From an uncultured archaeon (lineage in GTDB: Archaea > Iainarchaeota > Iainarchaeia > Iainarchaeales > 0-14-0-20-30-16), in contig CAZMCX010000023.1 of the NCBI GenBank assembly GCA_964565125.1, positions 1 to 10,216 on the forward strand: 10,216 nt of DNA, in the 5' to 3' direction. The first letter of the stretch is position 1; the number at the start of each line of letters is the position of its first letter. The notes under the pieces were generated by a model. That model was not told where the DNA came from and searched no databases. It worked only from the letters and a program-made list of their open reading frames with translations. Shown in pieces: positions 1 through 6,046 of this stretch. A program made the position numbers and the translations under genes.

Positions 1-933
1 CAAACTCAAGATTAAGCCCACTAAAAAACAAGATAGTTCTATCAGACTTAACCACAACACTTTCAAGTTTTTTCCAGATTCCAAAATAGCCAGCATTAGC
101 ACAATCAATGGAAGACAAAAGTATGCTGTCAAAATCCCGCCTTACTTCCAAAAATATGATTTCAAAACTTCTGAATCTGGGAGAATCAGAACCAAAAAAA
201 GAAGAATCTTTCTCGACATCATTGCCGAGATAAAAACACCAAACAAACTGGCGGTTAAAAAAATCGTTGGGATTGATAGGGGGGTTTATCATCCTGCTGT
301 CACTTCCGATAACACTTTTTTTAACAGCAGAAAACTTCGTGAAGTAAAAGGGAGATACAAGTATTTGAAGAGTTGCCTTCAGCGAGCAGGCACTCACTCC
401 GCAAAAAGACACTTGTCTAAAATAGCGGGGCGAGAGAGACGGTTCGTCGCTGATGTAAATCATTGCATCTCTAAAGCAATCGTTAACAAAGATTGCGGTA
501 CTATCGCTCTTGAAGAATTGAAGACAAGCAAAATGAAGAGAAAAAAAAAGACGAGAAAGAAAACTAGAAGCCTTATTGGAAGTTGGAGTCCAAGACAACT
601 CTTGGGATTCATTCAATACAAGGCTGAACTGCTTTGGCAAGACAGTCGTTCTTGTCAATAGTCACTATACAAGTTAAGCCTGTAATAGGTGTGGCGACAT
701 TCGCAGAGCTAATAGAAAAGGCAGGCTCTTCAAATGTTCTGTTTGTGGTTTTACTCTTCATGCTGACCTCAATGCTTCACGAAACATCGCTTGTCTTGCC
801 AAAGGCAGAGCAAGCAGGTTGAATGTCAACCAACCAATCATAACATGCGATGAATTCAAAGCATCTCTCAAAGATGAACTGCGAACAAGCATAGTTACAA
901 GCTCAGCATTTTCAATGCGGGGTAGTTGACATA
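1..933 (+). mobile_element. Right-hand part of an IS200/IS605-family (IS1341-like, tnpB-only or tnpA off-window) element; left end lies outside the window and the right boundary is not resolved
   Basis: Contains a tnpB-type ORF. Hand-counted 60-nt lines give 35-47% GC here (1-60: 35%; 361-420: 47%; 421-480: 47%) versus 28% in the neighbouring HAD gene (1201-1260). It ends 4 nt from the stop codon of a convergent host gene. Confidence 0.6.
2..929 (+). pseudogene. tnpB: tnpB (OrfB) RNA-guided RuvC endonuclease; 5'-truncated by the window edge and disrupted by one +1 frameshift and one nonsense codon
   Basis: Frame 2 is open from 2 to 661. It encodes ...VGIDRGVYHPAVTSDN (RuvC-I Asp, 275-277), TIALEEL (RuvC-II Glu, 512-514) and SWSPRQLLGFIQYKAELL. 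Homology continues in frame 3 as GKTVVLVNSHYTS*ACNRCG...FKCSVCGFTLHADLNASRNI, with CxxC at 681-692 and 735-746 and the RuvC-III Asp at 765-767, ending at TGA 927-929. Deleting one T from the TTT run at 633-635 restores YKAELLGKTVVLVN. The in-frame TAA at 675-677 sits where TnpB proteins have Gln (YTSQxC), so it is one C>T change from CAA. Confidence 0.85.
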
Positions 934-1566
934 TTACAATAGTTTCAATAAATCTTTAATAGTTTTTATTGTTGTTATCGCCCCCGCCTTTTCTAAATCT
1001 TTCTTGCCATATAGAAAATCTATCTTTCCAATTCCTCGAATTCCTGCGTTTTTTGCGAAGTACATGTCAATAATATTGTCTCCTATGTATATACATTTAT
1101 TCTTTTTTACTTTGTATTTTTTCATTAGCTTTTGTAGCGCTTCAGGGTGTGGTTTGCCGTTTTTGTAATCTTCGCTTCCAATAATTATATCTAAACTTTT
1201 TTCAATTTCTTTTGAAAGTAAAATGTTTAGCTTTTTTCTGCTGCTGCTAGTAATAATTGCTAAAATGTAACCATCTTTTTTAAGTTTTTTTATTGTATTT
1301 ATTGTGGATTTAGTAATAATTTTCTTTTTAGAAATAAAGTTAATATAATTTTTATTCCAAGATTTATAGAATTCTTCTGAACTTATTTTTAATTTATAGT
1401 TTTTTATCAAATTAGTAATAACTACTTTTGTTGGCGGCCCAAAATACTTTTTTGCATCTATTTCTTGACCAACATATTTTTCAAAAACTGCTTTTGCATA
1501 TTTTGTGGTCTTTGCAATTGTTCCATCAAAATCAAAAGCAATTAGTTTAATATCTGAGAATTGCAC
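934..1566 (-). CDS. HAD-superfamily hydrolase, subfamily IA (phosphoglycolate phosphatase / beta-phosphoglucomutase-like)
   Basis: HAD motifs are present: I FDFDGTI, II IITSSS, III KNGKPHPE, IV YIGDNIIDM. The maximal ORF starts at GTG 1599. I prefer GTG 1566 (M-QFSDIKLIAFDFDGT) because a GGTGG SD-like sequence lies 5 nt upstream and the N-terminal length is typical. Stop is TAA at 934-936. Confidence 0.8.
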   Translation of the reverse strand: MQFSDIKLIAFDFDGTIAKTTKYAKAVFEKYVGQEIDAKKYFGPPTKVVITNLIKNYKLKISSEEFYKSWNKNYINFISKKKIITKSTINTIKKLKKDGYILAIITSSSRKKLNILLSKEIEKSLDIIIGSEDYKNGKPHPEALQKLMKKYKVKKNKCIYIGDNIIDMYFAKNAGIRGIGKIDFLYGKKDLEKAGAITTIKTIKDLLKLL

Positions 1567-2767
1567 CAATACCACCAAAAGCGTTAAGGAATTGCTCACC
1601 TTCGTCCGTGTCTGTTGAAATTATAATTACTTCTGTATTATTTTTTTCAGATAATTCTGTAATATATTCTGCAAGAGATAATGTTTCAATTTCTTCTAAA
1701 TCGCCAGTACATTCACATTTTTTGCTATCTTTTTCATCAAATAAAATCTTTGTTTTTTTACAAGTCAAACATTCCGCAATTTTTATTTCTTTATTTAATC
1801 CCTCTGAAACTAACACTTTATTTGCTCTATTAGTTTTTAATGCAGAAATTACATCGTCAAAGCCATATGCCGCCAAACTTGATTTTATTGCTGCTTTAAA
1901 AAATTCTGCAATTGCCTGTTTTTCAATTACTATTTCTGTTTCTTTTAGTAAATCTTGTGCAGCATCTATAATCTCTCTTATTCCTGATTCATCAGTGTAT
2001 GTAACATCTAGGAACCCGATCGTTTTGTCTCTGATCCTATAATCTAAGTATTCTTTTTCAAAAAAATCTTTTTTTGTTGATCCAGGCCCGCCAAGAACAA
2101 CCCCCTCAATTTTGTCAATGTAAGGCATAATCTCTTTATTTATGTGCTCAGCAACCCTGTGATAGAAATCATTTGCAGCATCTAGTCTTAAGTGCTCATA
2201 TCTGTGTGCTGACTGTCCTCCAGCCTTTATTTTTCCTGGAACTGTAGAATGTGCTTTATCAATTATCCTGTATTTTTTGCCTTCTAAAACAGCGGTTGTT
2301 GATTCTCTGTTATCTATTGCAATAATTAAATATGATTTGTCTGGAGTTAACATTTCTTTTAAAGGGTCAATTAAAAACTCAGAATCACACCGATAGGTTT
2401 TCATATTTAATTTTCTTATTGGGGTAACATGGAAAAGCTGTATATCTGGTCTGCCTTCTCGTTCGCTTATATTCCCGCAAAAAACAACTACACCATTATC
2501 AGGAAGCTTAAAGTCTATTAATCTCAGGTATTCTGCAATTTTTCTTAGTGCGGCTTGCACATTTTTTCTTGTAGTTGGGCTTTTGATGTTTGATGCCTGG
2601 TTAACTTCTTGCATTAATTGTGACATTACTGTGCCTCGGTCTGTGCCAAATGGAACATATAAAGATATAAGTTCCGTATGTCGACCTTTTATTTTTTCTA
2701 GTTTCTTTATTTTATTCTTAAAGATCTCTTTTTCTACCTGTTCATATTTTTTGTTTGTACCTGCCAT
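1547..2767 (-). CDS. prf1: Archaeal peptide chain release factor aRF1
   Basis: 406 aa with NIKS (2579-2590), YxCxxxF as YRCDSEF (2375-2395) and GGQ (2213-2221, AGGQSAHRY). ATG start at 2767, TAA stop at 1547-1549. Confidence 0.93.
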   Translation of the reverse strand: MAGTNKKYEQVEKEIFKNKIKKLEKIKGRHTELISLYVPFGTDRGTVMSQLMQEVNQASNIKSPTTRKNVQAALRKIAEYLRLIDFKLPDNGVVVFCGNISEREGRPDIQLFHVTPIRKLNMKTYRCDSEFLIDPLKEMLTPDKSYLIIAIDNRESTTAVLEGKKYRIIDKAHSTVPGKIKAGGQSAHRYEHLRLDAANDFYHRVAEHINKEIMPYIDKIEGVVLGGPGSTKKDFFEKEYLDYRIRDKTIGFLDVTYTDESGIREIIDAAQDLLKETEIVIEKQAIAEFFKAAIKSSLAAYGFDDVISALKTNRANKVLVSEGLNKEIKIAECLTCKKTKILFDEKDSKKCECTGDLEEIETLSLAEYITELSEKNNTEVIIISTDTDEGEQFLNAFGGIGAILRY

Positions 2768-2842
2768 ACTATCACTATATAAATATTTTAAGTATATTTT
2801 ATATGACGTAGAAATCTTTTTATACCCTTATAGGGTGGTTGT
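2768..2842. promoter_or_regulatory. Divergent promoter region between prf1 (-) and tspO (+)
   Basis: 75-nt AT-rich spacer with several TATA-like boxes (tatataaatatttt, tatattttatat, ctttttatac). An SD-like GGGTGG lies 4 nt before the tspO ATG and a GTGAT lies 4 nt before the prf1 ATG. Individual boxes cannot be assigned by eye. Confidence 0.35.
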
Positions 2843-3304
2843 ATGGACTATAGGAAGTTGTCATTTAGTTTAATTTTGTGCCTGTTTGCAGGCTATTTAG
2901 GTAGCGTTTTAAATTCTTTTTCAATAAACGCCTGGTATCCAACCTTAGTTAAGCCAAGTTTTACTCCGGCTAATATCATATTTCCTATTGTTTGGACAAT
3001 ATTGTATATATTAATGGGCGTTTCTTTATACATAATTTTGGTAAAAAACAGCGTCCATTACAAAAAATTGCTGATGATATTTTCAATCCAGCTTATTTGT
3101 AATGTTCTTTGGAGTTTCTTTTTCTTTACTCTGAAGTCTCCACTTTTGGGTCTTATTTGGATAATCATATTGGATATCGTTGTATTAGTAAATATGATAT
3201 ATTTCTACAAAGTAAGCAGAATGTCAACGTATCTTTTAAGTCCATATTTTGCATGGATTGTGTTTGCAACAATTTTAAATATAAGTATATTCATATTAAA
3301 CTAG
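2843..3304 (+). CDS. tspO: TspO/MBR family tryptophan-rich sensory protein (five-TM tetrapyrrole-binding membrane protein family)
   Basis: 153 aa and hydrophobic. The family signature runs along its length: AWYPTLVKPSFTPANIIFPIVWTILYILMG ... QLICNVLWSFFFF ... LLSPYFAWIVFATILN. Confidence 0.85.
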   Translation: MDYRKLSFSLILCLFAGYLGSVLNSFSINAWYPTLVKPSFTPANIIFPIVWTILYILMGVSLYIILVKNSVHYKKLLMIFSIQLICNVLWSFFFFTLKSPLLGLIWIIILDIVVLVNMIYFYKVSRMSTYLLSPYFAWIVFATILNISIFILN

Positions 3305-3308
3305 GTGT
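3302..3308 (+). promoter_or_regulatory. Stop/SD overlap TAGGTGT at the tspO-pyrH junction
   Basis: The tspO TAG stop (3302-3304) shares its G with GGTG (3304-3307), which lies 6 nt upstream of ATG 3314. GGTG is complementary to the archaeal 16S 3' end (..AUCACCUCC). Confidence 0.5.
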
Positions 3309-3313
3309 GTGTT

Positions 3314-3964
3314 ATGGTTTATGTGTTTTCTTTAGGTGGGTCTGTAATTCTAAATGAAAAAGGAGAATATAATAATGAATATATTATCCAGTTTCGTCAT
3401 TTTTTGAAGAGTATAGAAGGCAGGAAAATAATTGTGGTTGGTGGCGGAAAAAAAGCAAGAGACAAGATAGCTAAGTCTGGCACAAAAAATAATTTCGAAA
3501 ATGATGTTATCGGAATAAAAGCCACCTATGAAAATGCACAATATATTGCTAATATTTTCGGGCTTCCGTGTATTCAAATGGGTTTAGACGCTTTGGAAAA
3601 CTTCCCCGAATCTTTTGTTACTGGCGGAATCTTTCCCGGTATAACAACTGATTCTACAGGTGTGCTGCTTGCTGAAAAATTTAATGCTCCTTTTTACAAC
3701 ATCACAAACGTAGAGGGGGTATTTACAAAAGATCCACGCAAGTACAAAGATGCCCAATTTTTGAAGAATGTAAAGATAGACCACGCAATAGAGATAGCAT
3801 CCCTTGCAGATAAAAGAAAAGCAGGGACCCATGTTTTTTTAGATTTATTTTCGTTATTAATAATAAAAAGAAGTGGTCTTAAAACCATAATTTGCTCAAA
3901 CAACCTAGAAAACCTGACAAACATTATACATAACAATAAAGGAAAATATACTGAAATAAAATAG
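3314..3964 (+). CDS. pyrH: Archaeal-type UMP kinase (amino-acid kinase family)
   Basis: Motifs are collinear with archaeal UMP kinases: VFSLGGSVI, IIVVGGGKKAR, VIGIKATYENAQ, TGGIFPGITTDSTGVLLAE, ITNVEGVFTKDPRK and IIKRSGLKTIICS. The ORF track starts at GTG 3305. ATG 3314 is preferred because of the SD spacing and the MVYVFSLGGS N-terminus. Confidence 0.75.
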   Translation: MVYVFSLGGSVILNEKGEYNNEYIIQFRHFLKSIEGRKIIVVGGGKKARDKIAKSGTKNNFENDVIGIKATYENAQYIANIFGLPCIQMGLDALENFPESFVTGGIFPGITTDSTGVLLAEKFNAPFYNITNVEGVFTKDPRKYKDAQFLKNVKIDHAIEIASLADKRKAGTHVFLDLFSLLIIKRSGLKTIICSNNLENLTNIIHNNKGKYTEIK

Positions 3965-3968
3965 GTGT
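3962..3968 (+). promoter_or_regulatory. Stop/SD overlap TAGGTGT at the pyrH-PLP enzyme junction
   Basis: The same heptamer as at 3302-3308. The TAG stop is at 3962-3964 and GGTG at 3964-3967, 5 nt upstream of ATG 3973. Confidence 0.5.
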
Positions 3969-3972
3969 TAAC

Positions 3973-5007
3973 ATGGCTTTAACCAACAAAGAGGAAAAAA
4001 TACTTGGCTCAATAAAAATTGCTTCTGAAAATGATCCTAATAAGCCAGAATTTCCACCGGAAAATCCAAAATTTCCTGCAACACCAACTTACAAAATAAA
4101 AGTCCCCGGTTTTTCTAGTGTTTGGTTAAAAGATGAGAGTTATAATCCCACCGGAACACATAAAGACAGAATGGCTTGGGAAATAATTGTGACATACAGA
4201 AACATTCTAATTGCTAAAAAAAGAGGACAAATTAAAGGAGAAATTCCACAAATGTCAATAATTTCTTCTGGTTCTGCAGCAATTGCTATACAAACACAAT
4301 TAAAAAAATATGGCCTTCCAAATCTGAAAGTTTTAATTGATAATTCAGCAGACAAAACTGCTGAAAAAATAATGAAAAAATTGGGTTGTGAAATTTATAA
4401 AACAGATTTGAGCAAAAAATGCCTTGATTTTAAAGATATTTTAAAATTAACAAAAAATAAAAATGGCTTTGACGTTACTTCTGTAGAAGCTTTAGATCCA
4501 ACTACTAGATTTTATGACTGGCTGAGCTATGAAATAATTAATTCAAACCCTGATTATTGTTTTATTCCATTTGGCACTGGAAACCTTTATGAAAATATTT
4601 TGAACGTCGTAAAAAAAGAAGTGTCAACATCTAATCATGATCCTCGTTTTAAAGGGGTTATTTCAAAAACAAGATCTTGCAATTTTATTGGTGTGACAAC
4701 TAATGATTTAAAATCAAAAGCAGACAAACTGTATTCTCCATACTTGCCATTTGTACACTTTGACAAGCAGTGGATTAAACTATATAGATATGCGGGATAT
4801 TGTGGTGTAAAATCTGATGTATATATTTTAGAAGAAAAATATTTGGATCAAGCAATAGCAATTGCAAAAAAGAACAATATTATTGCTGAGCCCTCTGGTC
4901 TTGCCGGGCTTGCAATGCTTTTGCAAATGAAAAACAAAATTTCAAAAAATGCAAAACTTTTGGTAGTTAATACTGGCAAGTCAAAATATATTTTTCAAGA
5001 GCTATAA
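3973..5007 (+). CDS. PLP-dependent enzyme, fold type II (tryptophan synthase beta superfamily; threonine synthase / dehydratase / cysteine synthase-like); specific function unresolved
   Basis: 344 aa. Contains LKDESYNPTGTHKDRMA with the putative PLP lysine at 4162-4164, ISSGSAAIA, a PFGTGNL glycine loop, AEPSGLAGLA and a C-terminal VVNTGKSKY. Confidence 0.75.
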   Translation: MALTNKEEKILGSIKIASENDPNKPEFPPENPKFPATPTYKIKVPGFSSVWLKDESYNPTGTHKDRMAWEIIVTYRNILIAKKRGQIKGEIPQMSIISSGSAAIAIQTQLKKYGLPNLKVLIDNSADKTAEKIMKKLGCEIYKTDLSKKCLDFKDILKLTKNKNGFDVTSVEALDPTTRFYDWLSYEIINSNPDYCFIPFGTGNLYENILNVVKKEVSTSNHDPRFKGVISKTRSCNFIGVTTNDLKSKADKLYSPYLPFVHFDKQWIKLYRYAGYCGVKSDVYILEEKYLDQAIAIAKKNNIIAEPSGLAGLAMLLQMKNKISKNAKLLVVNTGKSKYIFQEL

Positions 5008-5030
5008 AATACCAAGGGATAATTTCTGCG

Positions 5031-5081
5031 TTGTATTTTTAAATTTTGAAATAAAAGTTTTTAGTTGTGAAAATGAAAAAA
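5031..5081. terminator. Convergent (bidirectional) oligo-T termination zone between the PLP enzyme gene (+) and dph2 (-)
   Basis: The plus strand has T5 runs at 5036-5040 and 5058-5062 downstream of the stop at 5005-5007. The minus strand has a T6 run (plus-strand A6 at 5076-5081) 12-17 nt downstream of the dph2 stop at 5093-5095. Archaeal termination typically occurs at oligo-T tracts. Confidence 0.35.
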
Positions 5082-5092
5082 CATATGCCCTA

Positions 5093-6046
5093 CTATATGT
5101 ATTTTAAAACATTTTTATAGTTTATTATTTGGATTTTATAATTTTCTTTGTCATCAATTATTCTTGGGCAAGCGGTGTTTACTAAACAATCTAATTTTAA
5201 GCCCATAATTTTGTCATATGAAATAAAGTCCGCAATCAGTAGGTAAGGATTTTTCCCCTGTTTTTTTAAATTATCGTAAATTTTTTCTCCAATTGTATAA
5301 TTATTTTGTCCTATTTTTGAAGTTACTAAAATTCCAATATTTTTTGCATTTTTAAAAATGTATTCTGACATAATTTTGCTTTTTAGTTCGTCTTTTTGAT
5401 CGTAAAGAACTATATCTAAATTGTCAAGTTGGTAAATTTGTACTTTTTGAGGTAGTGCAGAAATATGGAAATTTCCGTCTCCAATATACACAATAGCATC
5501 CACTTTATCTGTTATTTCGTCTAAAATAGAAGTATCACAGCCAAGTATCTGACTTTCGTTTAACAAGTTTGTTTTTGTAGTTTTTACTATTTTTACATTT
5601 TTAATTTGTTTTTCTAACTCTCTTATAATCTTTAAATATTGTATTGGCCCAACTAAACTAATTTTTTTTAATTTTAATTTTTCTTCAATATTTTTTGATA
5701 AAATATTAAGCTCTTCTGCAGCTATGTCATAATATGTTGGCCAATAAATCACTTTTTTGTTTGTTTCACAAAATTTACTATGCCCTAAATGAATAATTAG
5801 ATCTGCATTTATAGATTCTAAAAAATTAGATGCTAAATCGCAAGCCCCATAAACTGGTTCTATGTCAAGATAAAACTGAACTTTTGTTGCAGTACTAAGT
5901 TTATCAATTATATTTTGTGCTTCTGTTTTTAGGCCATCTGGAACTTGTAATATTGCCTTTTTTACTTTCTTTTGTTTTTTTATTTGTTCTATCAATCCAG
6001 CAATATTAAGTTTTAGTTCCATCATATCACTTTTAATCAATTTCAT
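5093..6046 (-). CDS. dph2: Diphthamide biosynthesis protein Dph2 (2-(3-amino-3-carboxypropyl)histidine synthase, noncanonical radical-SAM)
   Basis: 317 aa with ILQVPDGLK, YGACDL, IIHLGHS, ILGCD, VYIGDGNFH and VNTACPRI. The three spaced Cys fit the Dph2 [4Fe-4S] ligand pattern. The start could alternatively be the internal Met pair at codons 8-9. Confidence 0.85.
   Translation of the reverse strand: MKLIKSDMMELKLNIAGLIEQIKKQKKVKKAILQVPDGLKTEAQNIIDKLSTATKVQFYLDIEPVYGACDLASNFLESINADLIIHLGHSKFCETNKKVIYWPTYYDIAAEELNILSKNIEEKLKLKKISLVGPIQYLKIIRELEKQIKNVKIVKTTKTNLLNESQILGCDTSILDEITDKVDAIVYIGDGNFHISALPQKVQIYQLDNLDIVLYDQKDELKSKIMSEYIFKNAKNIGILVTSKIGQNNYTIGEKIYDNLKKQGKNPYLLIADFISYDKIMGLKLDCLVNTACPRIIDDKENYKIQIINYKNVLKYI

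Noticed and set aside
541-549. The A9 homopolymer inside tnpB as the site of the frameshift
   Set aside because: Translation through the run stays in the homologous frame (KMKRKKKTRKKTRSLIGSWSPRQLLGFIQYKAE). The frame break is at 633-635 instead.
629-637. The frame 2 to frame 3 shift in tnpB as programmed ribosomal frameshifting
   Set aside because: There is no recognisable slippery heptamer or downstream structure. A separate nonsense codon lies 40 nt downstream, so frameshifting alone would not yield a full-length product. An extra T in a T-run fits an indel or sequencing error.
675-677. The in-frame TAA at a conserved Gln position of tnpB as evidence of TAA-to-Gln stop-codon reassignment
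   Set aside because: TAA ends the HAD gene (934-936), prf1 (1547-1549), the PLP enzyme gene (5005-5007), ppsA (6033-6035), rpl10e (8419-8421) and the 9329 gene in this same window. aRF1 also carries a canonical NIKS motif. A single C>T nonsense mutation in a decaying IS gene is the simpler explanation.
634-822. The 62-aa ORF from the track (MARQSFLSIV...)
   Set aside because: It lies in frame 1 across the tnpB pseudogene, where the homologous reading is in frame 3. It is a by-product of the disrupted gene.
926-2873. Plus-strand ORFs 926-1168, 1608-2042 and 2583-2873
   Set aside because: They are antisense shadows of the HAD and prf1 genes. Their products are low-complexity and Phe/Ile/Ser-rich, as expected from the reverse strand of AT-rich coding sequence. 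They have no start signals or motifs.
3109-4355. ORFs 3109-3357 (+), 3350-3577 (-), 3584-3832 (-), 3694-3936 (-) and 4140-4355 (-)
   Set aside because: They are overlapping or antisense frames within tspO, pyrH and the PLP enzyme gene, all of which have strong family motifs. None has any independent support.
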